Assembly (NCBI GenBank): GCA_001687465.1 | Contig: LVLI01000156.1 | Span: 62,001-126,000 of the forward strand | Length of the DNA: 64,000 nt | Source: Halocafeteria seosinensis | Taxonomy: Eukaryota | Direction: 5' to 3' | In this document: piece after piece, positions 12,011-24,444 of the stretch | Layout: every line of letters begins with the position of its first letter | How positions within the stretch are numbered: the stretch's first letter is position 1 | The notes under the pieces: model-generated | Database searches by the model: none | Seen by the model: only the letters and a program-made list of their open reading frames with translations | Told to the model about the DNA's origin: nothing | Program-made: the position numbers and the translations under genes

Positions 12011-14900
12011 ATGGCGTCATCGTACCAACACGGCCGAACACCACCCACCGGTGGAAGCGGCACCAGCGCCTCCACGACCAGTACGACTACGCCCTCCAGC
12101 ACTTCAGAAGGAGGAGGAGAGGGATCCTCCTCTTTTTCTGTGGCTTCTTCCAGTGGATCCTACACCCAAGTGCAAGCCCCTGTGGGTGGCAATGGAACGA
12201 CGACAACGCATGGAGGCGGTGAAGAAGGAACACGATTACAGAGCCAGATACGCCAGCTCCAGCAGCAGAATCAGCAACAATCGACCCAAATTGAAGAGCT
12301 CGAAGGAGGTATGCGTCTTCTTGTCTATGGAAACACAGTGAATAATTACTGCAGAGCAATGGGTGGTTGACTGCAGAATTGAAGAGATATAAAGATGCCA
12401 ACGCGAATGGCGCCAAAGCTCTGGACCGAGCTGAACGTAAGTCTCCTGGTGATGGTAAAGAGGGATGGCTCAATGGAATCAAAAATGTTTGTTTTATTTC
12501 TGTGCATGCAGATATCATCGCGAAATCGAAAGATAAGAAGGCCCTCCAGACCGCACTAGAAGAGCGAGATAATTTCCAGCAGCAAGCCAAAGCTCTACAA
12601 GATTTGTTAAGGCAGACATCGGAAGAGTTGGAGCAATACAAGAGTCGCGTAGAACAACTAGAAGTAAGTTCAGCTTTCAACGTATGGTATAGTGTCCTCA
12701 AGGTCAGCACTTGTATTGTTTTTGGCCCTATATTGCTTGACCGCAGAGTGGCAAAGACCCCCAGGCTGACCATGATAAGGAGGATCTGCGGGAGCATATC
12801 AACAACCTAAACGAGAGAATGCGGGACATCCAGCAACAAATACAATACAAGGAAAGCGTGGGGGGAGATATGGAAGGAGAGGAAGAGAACAAGGGTGGCA
12901 ACGAGGAGCAAAGTATTGAGCAGTTAAAGGATGAACTGGAGCATACGAAAGTGGAAATCGCAGAGACAGAAGCCAAGTTAAGTGATGATCAGGAAACTCA
13001 GATCCGAGCTACAAGGACGAGAGAGAGGTTTGCGCGTCAGCAACGAGAACGAAGAGAACAGCTAGAATCCGCGTTGGCAAAGAAGACCAATGAATGTGTT
13101 AAGCTTCAGCAAAACATATCGGAACTGGAGGACGCCCATGCGGCCGACATCAATAAAGTGTTAGAGCAACTACGAACAAAAGAAAATGAATTAAGCGAGG
13201 CGAAGAGTCGCGCAGAAAAGCTGAGTAAAGAGCTTGAAGAAGCAAATAAGAAACTCACAAGTCATCACCAGGAAAGTTCTAGCTCTGCCGAGTTCTCAGA
13301 AAAACAGAAGGAGGAGCTTCGTAAGCAGCTAGATGCACAGAAGAAAGAACAAGAAAAACAACTTAAGCAAACAAAGAAAGAAGTGGAAAATGAGAAGAAA
13401 AGGGAGATTGCTAATGCGCGAAAGGAGGCATACGAGGAAGCCCAGGCAAGAGTCCAAGCTGACCTTGAAAAAGGAAAAGCGGACGCGAGAAAAGTAGAAG
13501 AGCTTCAAGAAGAAATAGAGGGGTTAAACGAATCCTTGAAAGAAGGCACGGAAAAGAAAGAAACTGCGGAGCAACAGGCTGAGGAGCTGCGCGAGAAGTT
13601 GATTCGAACAGAGTCCAAGGTCACAAAATCTGCGTCGACAATAGCGTCCATGCAAAATAAGGTCGACTCTCTGGAAAACGATTTATCGCAGACACGTGAA
13701 AGAAACGAAAAGGTAGAGAAGGAAATAGAAGAAGTGAAAAGGGAGAAACAGGGAATCAGTGACAAGCTAGAACGACTCGAGGAGGACTACGCCGCTACGT
13801 CTTCCAAACTGGACGAGGTAGAAAAACGTAAACAAGAATTAGAGGAAAAAATCAACGAAACTACCGAAGAGGTTTCTCGGCTCCGCGAGGAAATGGAGAG
13901 CGTCCGTAGCGAACGAGATGAGTATAAAGGACGGGTGGAATCAGCGGAGCAACGCAACGAAGAAGCTGAGTCAAAGCTGGAGCAATTACAAAATGATCAC
14001 AAAGTGGCTGTTAAACAACACAAGCAAATTAAAAAGGGTCTATCTCAAGAAGTTTCAAGACTAAAAAGGCGTCTTGAAGAAATGGAAAAACGCGAGGACG
14101 ACAAGCAAAGCACAACGAATAATGAAACGTCTACTGATCTTCAAGAAGCAGTGCAAACCAGAGGTACTGGAGCGAACTCGCATCCCACATCGAACTCTTC
14201 CGAAACTGGCTCTGTGAGATCCCATACTTCTGACAATGAGCGAGGCTCGGACAACGGAACAGCCAACAATGCCCCGGCTTCTCCTAGTTTACAGGGCAGT
14301 ATCTCCACTCCTCAGGCGTCCCCCCGGCAGCACGGTAGCCGTCACAGTAATGGCTCATCGAAAGCTTCATTTATGGAGAAGTTGCGAGCGAAGGGAAAAA
14401 GTGCATTTTCTCCAGAACCACAAGCCCAGTTGCAAGCGGTAACGGCACAACAATTCCGCCGTGAAATAATGGCACTGCGCCAAGCCCTTCGAGATGCAGC
14501 CAAAACCGAAGCCGATTTTGCCTCTCGTAGCAACGACGAGACCATACGCGCTCTAGGTGATCGCCTGACTTCCGTGTTGTCTGACTGCGAGCATACCAAA
14601 GAACGCGTGAAAATGCTTGAAAATATAGTGCAAGACCTCCAACAGGAACTAGACGATAAGCGTCGTTTGCTGAATGGGTTAACTGCAAGTAAGATCGGTA
14701 TAACCTCAGCAGAATCAAGGGCGGATGATACTATTGAAGTAGATGGGGTGCCCATTTCTTCAGAATCGAAGGCCCTCTTGGACGCCGCTATGAAAGAAAT
14801 CCAGGAAAGACCAGGAGCAATCAAGAACCTACTGCTACGAACACTTTCGGAGGTTGAACGCCTTCGTCATGATATTAAGCTAATGGGTACAGGGCAGTAG
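12011..14900 (+). CDS. Long coiled-coil protein, GRIPAP1/GRASP-1-like
   Basis: Heptad-rich ORF of more than 800 aa with several short introns. N-terminal IAKSKDKKALQTALEERD and C-terminal RL...KERVKMLE...ELDDK / LLLRTLSEVERLRHDIKLMG resemble GRIPAP1 termini (from memory). Confidence 0.55.
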
Positions 14901-14961
14901 CACTAACCTAGTGTCAGGGAATGAATAAGGAAGGGTAGTACCACCAATGTATATTGCGCAA

Positions 14962-17900
14962 CTAATGGCTCTCTGAAACACCAGCTCCCATTTTTTCCTC
15001 CACACGTCTCCGCTCGTTTAGATAAGATGATGCCATTTTATTAATGACATCATCACTAGGTATAGCAGGTTCTCGAGCGGATGCTTTAGTTTTAGAGTCA
15101 GCAAACGTAGAGCCAAATTCTCGGTTCATTTCCTCAAACGTCAACTCATGATCGGAATCGTCAGTTATATCCGACATGTCACCGTCCGCCTCGGTCGATT
15201 CATCGTCCGATTCATCGCTAAACCTGTATCCTCGAAAGAACTGGCTAGACGAAGGTTGTTCATGCGAGTTCGCAGTGTAGCTCCTGGTACTCCCTTGATA
15301 CGTGTCGTCCTCATCAATATTGATACCAAGTCGATCAAGTTGGGCACGTCCTTCCTGTAGAGCAGCAGATAGGAGTTGCTCTACGCTGGCCCCCGTTTCA
15401 CCTCCCTCTTGCTGATTCGCTTCCTTGGCGACAGCAGCAGCCGTTTCCGAGAGCTCGTCCCAGTCCTGAGTAGACAGATTGTCAGTTGGTAGTCCAAGGC
15501 TCTGCAACGCCTCAAGAAGTTGAGACATGGCCGTGGAAGACGAATCGTTGGTTTCTTCCTCTTTGTTCTGGTCTCTCCCGAAGGAGGCTCGTGGAGGACT
15601 GCGAGATTCTCGAGCCTGTGACTGCTTTCCTTTCCTAGGAATCTCCCGATCTGGAGGTTGGTTCTCTGTAGCAGAGTCAGTCGTCGCCGGAGAGGTAGAG
15701 GTAGACGAGGTAGACGGGCGTTCGTCTTGGGGAGGCATAGACGGATATGATGGAACTTCAGTTACTCCTGGCTTCTCCTCTTCCATACTCTCATCCTTAT
15801 GCTCGCCCATTGAGCGCTTGCTCTCCACCCTCTTGGGAGTAGAGGGTGAGCTTTCTACCTTAACTGGTTCCTTGTTCATCTTGCTCTCAGTATCATTGTG
15901 CCGATCGGCTCGTAGCTTTCGGAGTTTACTTAATCTTACTTTCCGAGCTTCCTCTTCTTTCTGTTCCTTGTCTCGCAGACTTTGAAGAGCACGTTCTCGT
16001 TCCTTCGCACGTTCGTTTTCCCTCTGCATTTCTTTCTCATACCACTGCTCAAAACCCATACCTTCGGATGCATTTTGTGTTAGCATCTTATTCCGGAGGT
16101 CTACATCATACATCATTCGCTTGTAGCTGTCAGCAAGTGTTTCATAAGCAGAATTAATTGTAGTGAATACAATAGTGGCACGACGCGTTGCTTCGTCACT
16201 GGAAGTGTGTTTATCTGGATGCCATTTGAGACATTGCTGACGGAAAGCCTTCTTGATTTGACTGTTCGTGGCACTTCGAGAAACTCCCAGTGCACTGTAA
16301 TAAGAAATATCACGCATCATTTCAGCGTCATCTTTTCGGCGTTCCCATTGCCGATCGGATGGATCCGACTCCAATAAGGAATCAAAGTCTTTCGAAGCCT
16401 TTTCAAATTCAAACAAGGCCTGGAACAATAGAAAACAAAAATGTCGAAACGTGCTCTTGAATACAAAGCAAAGGCTTCCCAGTCTTACCATGTAACACTC
16501 GGCACGCTGAGCCAAAGCATTTCGGTAAGTTGAATCGCTCTCTAGAGCACTGTTGCAGTCCTCGATGGCTTGACAATGTTGTGCCAATCGGTATGCGGCT
16601 CTTGCTCGGTTGTAATACAACGTAGCCAAATCTCTGGGAGAAGCTCGCTGTACAGATGGGTGGTTTAAGACATAGCTAACATGCAGGTCTGGAAGACATT
16701 CAAATGCGACCACTTACGGCTTGGCACTTGGGGGCATATTTCAGTGCAAGAGCGTATTCATCCATTGCACTCTGAAAATCTTTCAAGTTGTAAAGTTTGT
16801 TCGCCCGCACACTGGCATTCCAGAACCGTAAATCAGGATCCTCGAGTTGCTCAACTACGCTAGTGTGGCGATGATGCTCCGCCAATTGTAGAGGCGTAAA
16901 ACCATCCTCGTTAACACTCGTTGCGTTGCAGCCTTGCAATAACATGATCTTCGCGATTCCAGGTTGATTGTTGGCAGAAGCCAGATGCAGGCATGAGTTG
17001 CCCACTGTATCCAATTTCCAAACGTCAGCGTCCGCCTTACTAAGTAGAATCTTAACGACATTATCATGACCTTTGGCACACGAAATGTGCAAGCTGCAAA
17101 CAAAACGCTATTATTTATAGACAACGGATGCAGTGTATGCTGGTTCGTCGGCCACTTACGGAGTTCGGCCCATCAGATCTTCATCACCGACTTCATTGAC
17201 GGAAGCGCCTAGTTGAATCATCTGTTTAACTGTCCTATGCCTCCCTTCTTCGGCAGCGGATCTCAATGCCGCGTTTAACGAACTCTTGAGGGTGCTTGAA
17301 TGAGAATCAACAGTCTTTGGAGATAGTATGTAGTGGCAGACATCCTCTCGGCCAGCTTTGGCGGCAGCGCAAAGAGCGGTGCGACTGTATAGAGCATCTT
17401 CGTTACAAAGTCTGCTAATCTTATCCTTATCTTCTTCGTCTATTGCCTTTTGTAGACCGTGAACAGTCTGTAGCGCATCCTTGTCCAGGGTGGAACTACT
17501 TCGCGGTGGCGCCTCCGTCCCACCGTGAGACTTCAGCGCCTGTAGTTCAGACTTGGTTTCAGCTAATGCAAATCGTAAAGCTAGAACCTCGTGACGAAGC
17601 GTTTCCGAATCATTGTTCTTCTCGTTTTGCGCTTGTTCAGTTTCCATCTGTGCTTGGGCCAACTTCCTACTTAAGCTGGCGACTTGGCGCTCCGAAGACT
17701 GTTTTTCCCGCTGAAGCGACTCATTTTTCGTCTTCAGGCTCTGAACTTCACTCTGTAGTCGCTTCGCTTCCTGTTTGCGCTCCAACTCGTATTCACCCGC
17801 TACCTGATATTCATCCAAGCCACAAGCAAAGTTCGCGAGTTTGAATGACCCGAGTTGAAGTTGGATATGAGCCGTAACAACTTACCTGCATTAAACGCAC

Positions 17901-18122
17901 AGCCAGTGACGGCGAGTTCGAGGAAGAGGACGAGGAGGACGAAGATGCTCCATAGGATGGATCTGAGCCACGAGCGCTACGAGGATCGAATTGGCGCGTA
18001 TAGCCTCCTGCTCTTTCTTCGAATCCAGCTCCTCCTACTTTCGAGGCCCATGACGGATCACGATAGCTAGTACGTGCGCTTCCAGTAGCATTGCTTCCGC
18101 TATATGTCCTTCTGTACGACAT
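14962..18122 (-). CDS. Coiled-coil / ankyrin repeat / TPR / J-domain co-chaperone (DNAJC7-like C-terminal half)
   Basis: Ankyrin motifs GRTP-LHISC, GNSCLHLA and GFTPLQLA; TPRs (LYYNRARAAYRL...AIEDCNSAL); J-domain YYSALGV...KWHPDK...INSAYETLAD; acidic tail. Confidence 0.85.
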
Positions 18123-18564
18123 TATGTTCGCTGTCTAAAACTATATACTGTGTCGCTCAAAAACGGAGCTTGACCAGGACGGCTTCCAACTTGAGGTCCC
18201 TGCTTGCCGTTAATTGAAGTTAAAAACTCCAAAAAGGGTTTCCCGGGGAAGCGATAGGGGGGAAACTGACTTCAGATTGATTCAGCGCGCTAGTCCCTCT
18301 ATCTCGTCCGTATTCACAAAGATGAATCACTGAATCAAACAAACCAGTAGTTCTCTTGGAGTACATGAGTTTGCTATCAGGAAAAATGTTCTATCCATCG
18401 CAACACAGCACAAAATGAGGCGTTTGTTGCAAGCGTCGCGACTGCAGAACTCGACGATTTGATTGCTACGTTGGTGAATCGTTGAAAAGTTCGGCGAAAC
18501 GCACGGATGGACGAAAACGAGACGGGAACTCGGAGCATGGTAGTGCGATTCCCCTTTGTAAATT

Positions 18565-20055
18565 CTACGTGATATTGGGAGTGCACAGAGAACAAACGAG
18601 GATGGCATGTGCTTTGCATACAAGTGTGGATTCAATTCCAGATTCCAAACACAAATTTGAATTCCTCAAGTCAAGTCAAGAAGCTTACGAGGGTGTACAG
18701 GTTCGAGGTTTAAGTAACGTAAGTTCTTGTGTGAAACTACTCAGTTTTTGAAATCTTTACTATGGCCACAGCAGCGGGACAAATTTGCTTGGTATCCCGA
18801 ATGCCATACATTGTGCCGTCGAGCACCGTTTTGTCGGCATGACTCTGCAGGAATTCAGAAACATCTTCAGTGTTTTCTTTCGTCGTTTGTTCAAATCCTT
18901 GTGGTACACTCAGTGCCGCGACGGAATCCACCTCTGGCTTAATGGAATCATAGTTTTTCTCCCTAGAGGGTCGTAAAAGAGTTCTACATGTATCCGGTGA
19001 AACAATGTTTTCTCCATATCGCAGTATGGAGTGATAGTTTTCGCTGTCCTTAGTCTGCGAAGGGCTATATGCGTTGCCAGTGAATACTTCGCAAAGAACT
19101 AGAGCTACTGGCTGCTCTTCACTGAATGTAAACGGGAACGTGGACCATGCTGACGAACACTGCAATGGGAAACAGTGCAACCGTGCCATGTTGCATGCAA
19201 AGGATAATACGTTGGCAGCAATGACTTACAAGTTCCCACATTGCCACACCTGTATTTTCCTCAATTCCATCCGCTATCCGAAGGCGAGGGAAAATGCTCG
19301 TACCCTGCACGGGCCATCACATTGTCACATAACTTCCCGCACACAGTTGAACTGGTAAGCATTACCTTCATCAAAAATGCTGGGAGAGCCGAAACGGGGA
19401 TAGCTATCCACAGCCACCTAAGCGGCCACTTGGCACACTCTAAGGGGGTATCGGGTCCCAATACACCAGACGATCGTTCATTTCGCCAGCCATCAATGAG
19501 ATCTTTTGCAGCCAGGCGCATCAGAGAAAACTGAGCCAGTGTCCCTGGTTGGTCCCTCGAGATACAATCAAACACTCTGTCTACCGTAACTTTGACGTCC
19601 CTGAAAGAAAGAAACAACATGACACTAGTGGGACAAACGAATAAGCAATATGCTTTCTAGTTGAAGAACCTACGTTTCGAGACAGGCCTGTGTGTCTACA
19701 TAGTCGCTCACTTCGCCATGAAACGTAAAGTCCGTGGGTTCCTGTCAAGAACCATCAGACATTGCAAAATGCACAGTAGTTAAGTAGAGTCACATCAGCA
19801 CATACTAAGGAATAAAGCGAGTGTTTATGTAAGTAACTGAACGTAATCGCTTGACCCTTCCGCAGGATCTGTGTCCTGTACGCGTTTCTCAGAATCTCCA
19901 AGAAATGACCGTACTTAATGCACTGTATCAACGAACCACCAAGGACAGTTACGTCTCGAACAATTGAAACCAACTTCGCCCTAGATTGCAGTCCATACCT
20001 CAAGCACGCTTCCCACAGGGACGTCGTTATTCATCGGCAACATGATCTGTATCAT
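18565..20055 (-). CDS. Divergent PARP/ADP-ribosyltransferase-fold protein, probably catalytically inactive (ends uncertain)
   Basis: Spliced segments RWLWIAIP..LPAFLMKG, ALVLCEVFTG, NYDS and MYGIRDTKQICP follow PARP-domain order. A possible Cys/His-rich C-terminal exon reads CKAHAILVCSLC. Confidence 0.45.
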
Positions 20056-20134
20056 TTTTATAATTTCTTTTGTCTGTTCTCAACAAACAACATAGACAGT
20101 AAAGAAGCACCAAGACACCACCTAAAAAACAGTT

Positions 20135-21103
20135 CTAACCACTCACTTGGTCTTGGATGTTGTCAGATAACTCCTCCAGCGGTGAATCATAGCCAGCAAG
20201 AGCGATCAGTTTCGCACATAATTTGCATAGTCTATCTACAGTCCTGTTGGGCACGACTTCTTGAAGTGCCAGTGACTGATGAAGCATTGTGCGTCGAAGA
20301 TCTGCCACCAGGGCTTTTTCCCCCATACAGCCCATTCCCTTCAGCACATGCTCAGTTTCCTCCTCTTCGGCGCCCTTCTTTCTTCGCCCAGCGGCAGACG
20401 TTTTCCTAGACGTTGTCGCCTTCTTCTTTCGTGCAAAGGCGGTCGTTTCCTGTCTTGGCTTTTCGTTTCCTTCAGTGGAGTCAGTATCATCGTCTTCTTC
20501 CTCCTCACTTTCGTCTGTCGTCGTCCTTCGGGATACTTTCGCTGATGAAGTATTTCCAGTGCCTCCCGCCCGTTCGCTTTCCTTTCTATCGCTTCCACTC
20601 GCGGAGTCATCCTCTTTGTCGTCCCCCTCTTCCTCTGTATCGTCGCTTTCTTCTCCTGAAGACTTCGTTTGGCGCTGGTTCGGTTTAGACGCACCTTCTC
20701 TAGATTCATCGTCATCATGTTGCTTCGCAGTGCCAGTTTCAGACTCTTTTTGCTCCGCTTCCTTCTCTTCACCACCGAAAGCTTCTTGGTTATCTTGAAC
20801 GAATTCTGTGAATTTAGTTTTGATGAGCTTCTTGTATGGCTTAGCATTCCATCCCAGGCGCTCCGATATCGCTTGTAGCAGGCTGCGTACAGTTCCTTGT
20901 GCCACACCGAGTTCTGGATCATTCACCAATTGTTGTAACGTTTCGATGACCTGCTTCTCTTCTTCATCTTGAGTAGTGGTTTGCGTAAGCTGTGTATCTT
21001 GTGTCAACTCTCCGTTTAGCTCGGTATCGCCGTCATCGTCCTGCTGTTGAGAGACTGGTTCCTGGTCCATCTCAATGTCATTTTCTTCCCCATTGTCACT
21101 CAT
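20135..21103 (-). CDS. Acidic chromatin-type protein with DEK-C-like domain
   Basis: IETLQQLV...TVRSLLQAISERLGWNAKPYKKLIK resembles DEK_C. Long D/E tracts and basic NLS-like patches. Confidence 0.55.
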   Translation of the reverse strand: MSDNGEENDIEMDQEPVSQQQDDDGDTELNGELTQDTQLTQTTTQDEEEKQVIETLQQLVNDPELGVAQGTVRSLLQAISERLGWNAKPYKKLIKTKFTEFVQDNQEAFGGEEKEAEQKESETGTAKQHDDDESREGASKPNQRQTKSSGEESDDTEEEGDDKEDDSASGSDRKESERAGGTGNTSSAKVSRRTTTDESEEEEDDDTDSTEGNEKPRQETTAFARKKKATTSRKTSAAGRRKKGAEEEETEHVLKGMGCMGEKALVADLRRTMLHQSLALQEVVPNRTVDRLCKLCAKLIALAGYDSPLEELSDNIQDQVSG

Positions 21104-21411
21104 TTCTGCCCCTTTTTGGTCTCCTACCCACGCTTGCAAAGATTAATCGTTCCTCCAACACATGCACCACACAAAAACGCTCTGTGTGCACGGCACAGTG
21201 TTTTTGAAGGCTTTGTTTGAAGTCTGACCGGGCAATTTGAATTGTAACTTCACAAACTTGGAGTACAAATTGTAACACTGTACATTGTACAAGTACAATA
21301 GAGTGAGCAATGTTGCCATAGTGTATTTCCTGACTATTTCCAGTGATAATAGAATTCTAGTAAGCGACTTTTGAAACATAACGAATTCATGCTGCGTTGA
21401 CCAGGTACTGA

Positions 21412-24081
21412 TCATTCATCGGCAGTGCCAAAGTCCTGCTGACCGCCCCCTGCTCCATGAGGTGTCTGTGCGGCAGGATGTTTCGCTAATTCATTCGGAA
21501 CTTCATTGTCAGTAGAAACAAGTTGTTGGCGAAGATGGTACAAAATCTTGGAGTCGTCGTCCGTGAAAAACGACAAGGCGCGGCCTTCCTTGCCTGCACG
21601 ACCCGTACGGCCAATACGGTGCGTGTACCGCTCTATCTCTTGTGGCAGATCAAAATTAATAATCTGAGCAACATCCGGGATATCCAATCCCCTTCCTGCA
21701 ACGTCGGTTGCTACCAACACCTGAGATTTGCCATCTTTGAATTCCTTCAGGGCCTCTTCACGTTGATCCTGCTTTTTACCACCGTGTAAGACGACAGGCT
21801 TGAAACCTGCACGCTCGCAGTGCGTAGCCACAGAGCCACAATTGCTTTTCGCATTGACGAATACAATAACGGGTTTAGGACATTTCTGTAAGGCATTTTG
21901 TAACAGTTTTGGCTTCTCCTGCTCCGTGGCTTTCTTAACCTCTTGAATGATTCGCTTATTCTTGCCGCTGTCTTCGTCACCAATCTTCAAGGTTATAGGC
22001 TGATGCAAGAACTTGTTGGCGAGTTTCTCCACTTCCGGTGGCATAGTCGCGGAGTACATAATTGTAGTGCGTTTCCACAAAGAAACCTTCTTCCCATCTG
22101 TTTGATTGCCGTCAGCGGATTCCAGCTGCTGCTTGTTCTCCATAGCATTTTTCTGCTCCATCGGTTCATCTGCCTCTTCGTCGTCCTCCTTCATGCCTCC
22201 CATTCGCTCCAACACAGCAGTTACCTGGGGTTCGAATCCCATGTCTACCATTCTGTCCGCTTCGTCGAGCACGATGTACCGGCACTGATTGAGAACCATG
22301 TAGCCATTCTCCAGACAGTCAATGATTCGCCCAGGAGTGCCGATGACGACGTCAACGCCTCTTCGAAGCGCTTGAATTTGGGGCTGCATGGATGCACCAC
22401 CTACAATACAGCAGCAACGAACATCACAAAATTGGGAAAGCGACTTTGTTTCATCCTCGATTTGCAAAGCGAGTTCCCTTGTGGGTGCCATGATAAGTGC
22501 TAGAGGGCCTTCACTGCTGACCACGCTTCGCGCACTATCGGGCATCTGGAGGATGTAGTGAAGCAACGGAATTACAAAGGCAGCTGTTTTACCAGAGCCT
22601 GTCTCTGCCACGCCAATGATATCCCGCTGCTCTAAGCCAATGGGTATGGCTTGTCTCTGAATGGGAGAGGGGTCCTTATATTTCTTAGCTTTTACAGCGT
22701 CTAAAATAAGTGAGCTGAAGTTTCCTTCCTTCCAAAATCGCAGCGGGTGAGGCACTTTTCCTCCACGTACGCGAATGTCAAAGTCCTCGCGGAAGATTCT
22801 CCAGTCGCGTTCAGTCATATCTTTCAACTCTTTCTCACTCCAGTGCAGACCTTCACCACCACCCATTTCCATCCGTGCCTTCTCATTCATCGCCCGCTGT
22901 TGTCGCTCCTTTACCAAATCTAATTCGCCTACTTGTGTAGAAGGATCTCGTACTTCTGGTTCTTCGGCTACATGCTTTAGACGTTCTGCTTCGTGTTTTC
23001 TTCTCTCAGCTAGGGCATCCAAAAATTTCTGGCTCATTTTGTTTCTTTGCTCGCGCACATCGACTCCAGCCAGATATCCACGTCCAAACAAAAGGCTGTT
23101 GTTGTTAGCTTCCGAGTTCAGAGGATTGGTTTCATCCGTAGTGTCTTCTTCGTGTCCCCATTCGAACTTAAAGATTCGGGCGAACTTATCTGAGGGTTTT
23201 ACGAGGTTTTTCTTTTGACTGGTTCTCTGCCCGAGGTAACTGTTACGGATCTCCTCGATCTGACGTTCTCTGTCGGATCTCTGTTCAGCATACATGTCGC
23301 CTTTCCCACCCAGATAAGTGGGATACTCCGTCTTTTCAGGAGCTCGGGAGCTTGCCCCTGCATGTTTCTTCTGCAGCAACTGTTGCACCGTCGCGGCACC
23401 ACTTTCCTGTGGTGTCAACTTGTCTTTTTTCACCTTAGTAGGTCCTGTAGCGTTTTGCGGAGCGTTGTTAGTTTCCGCGGTACGGCTGTTTCGACCAGTA
23501 CCGTTTTGTTCGTACCGAGCCTCGCCACTGCCATGACTCTCATCGCGTTCCGCGCTCCGGCTTCGGCTCCTCTTCGACTCTCTGTCACGACTTCGGCTAC
23601 GGTCACGGGTGTTCCTATCGTCCCTTCGTCGAGACGAATGTCGTTCGGGGGGACTTCGACTTCGGCTCCGACGATGACCTCGAGAAGACCGTCTGCTGTC
23701 CCTCTCTCGGTCTCGAGACCGAGATCGACTACGGCTCCTGCTTCTGCTCCGTCTCGACGACGAACCTCGTTTACTGCTACTACGCCGGTCTTTCCCTCTG
23801 TCGTCTTGACGACGCCCACTACTTCTGCCATCCCCTCGTTGGGACCTACTATCCTTGTTGCTCGAGCTTCCTCGATGCTCAGTTTCTTGGGCTTTCTGTA
23901 TGAATTGTTTCCGTTTTTCTTCCTGCTGCCTCCGAATTTCCTCCTGCTGCTTTTTCCTCTCTTCTAGCTTCTGCAGAGCGAGCTTTTCACGCTCCTCCTT
24001 GGTCAAAAACTTTACTCCATTACCTTGTCCACTCTTCGCCACGGCAGGATCCTTTTTCCCAATGACGCCATCACGCTCCAT
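21412..24081 (-). CDS. DDX23: DEAD-box RNA helicase DDX23/PRP28 (U5 snRNP)
   Basis: RS-rich N-terminus, FLTKEERE, HWSEK...MTERDWRIFREDF, AETGSGKT, DEAD, SAT and HRIGRTGRAG. Intronless, 889 aa. Confidence 0.97.
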   Translation of the reverse strand: MERDGVIGKKDPAVAKSGQGNGVKFLTKEEREKLALQKLEERKKQQEEIRRQQEEKRKQFIQKAQETEHRGSSSNKDSRSQRGDGRSSGRRQDDRGKDRRSSSKRGSSSRRSRSRSRSRSRSRDRERDSRRSSRGHRRSRSRSPPERHSSRRRDDRNTRDRSRSRDRESKRSRSRSAERDESHGSGEARYEQNGTGRNSRTAETNNAPQNATGPTKVKKDKLTPQESGAATVQQLLQKKHAGASSRAPEKTEYPTYLGGKGDMYAEQRSDRERQIEEIRNSYLGQRTSQKKNLVKPSDKFARIFKFEWGHEEDTTDETNPLNSEANNNSLLFGRGYLAGVDVREQRNKMSQKFLDALAERRKHEAERLKHVAEEPEVRDPSTQVGELDLVKERQQRAMNEKARMEMGGGEGLHWSEKELKDMTERDWRIFREDFDIRVRGGKVPHPLRFWKEGNFSSLILDAVKAKKYKDPSPIQRQAIPIGLEQRDIIGVAETGSGKTAAFVIPLLHYILQMPDSARSVVSSEGPLALIMAPTRELALQIEDETKSLSQFCDVRCCCIVGGASMQPQIQALRRGVDVVIGTPGRIIDCLENGYMVLNQCRYIVLDEADRMVDMGFEPQVTAVLERMGGMKEDDEEADEPMEQKNAMENKQQLESADGNQTDGKKVSLWKRTTIMYSATMPPEVEKLANKFLHQPITLKIGDEDSGKNKRIIQEVKKATEQEKPKLLQNALQKCPKPVIVFVNAKSNCGSVATHCERAGFKPVVLHGGKKQDQREEALKEFKDGKSQVLVATDVAGRGLDIPDVAQIINFDLPQEIERYTHRIGRTGRAGKEGRALSFFTDDDSKILYHLRQQLVSTDNEVPNELAKHPAAQTPHGAGGGQQDFGTADE

Positions 24082-24444
24082 TTTCGACTATGTACAACCG
24101 AGACATACAAAGGGGATAATATGACGGCTTTGTTCTGCTTTTCTTCCCTACAAAAATGAGCAATTCACCCCAACACACCGAAGAATGAACCTTGTTTTGG
24201 CTCGATCTACAACCTCTCGAGGACAACACTTCAACCTGGCACATTCGGTCCTTCGGCCGGGCGAATCGGCCCTGTGCAACACATGCATGACGCACATACT
24301 CATGTGACAAAAGAATGTATGCAAAAGGTTCGATACGACTGGAGACAATGGACGGCAGTGAATTTCTTGCACTAAACGGAGATACCCCCTGTATCGGGGT
24401 GGTAGATTGGGTTTAAACTGCATGGCTGCTAGGTGCATTGTTTC

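Noticed and set aside
18235..18262. G-quadruplex upstream of the ANK-TPR-J gene
   Set aside because: The G-runs are irregular and a competing C-run is present, so it is not convincing.
12087..24124. Long antisense ORFs (e.g. 12087-12797, 14342-14824, 23215-23967)
   Set aside because: They are shadows of low-complexity or coiled-coil coding sequence on the opposite strand and have no motifs of their own.
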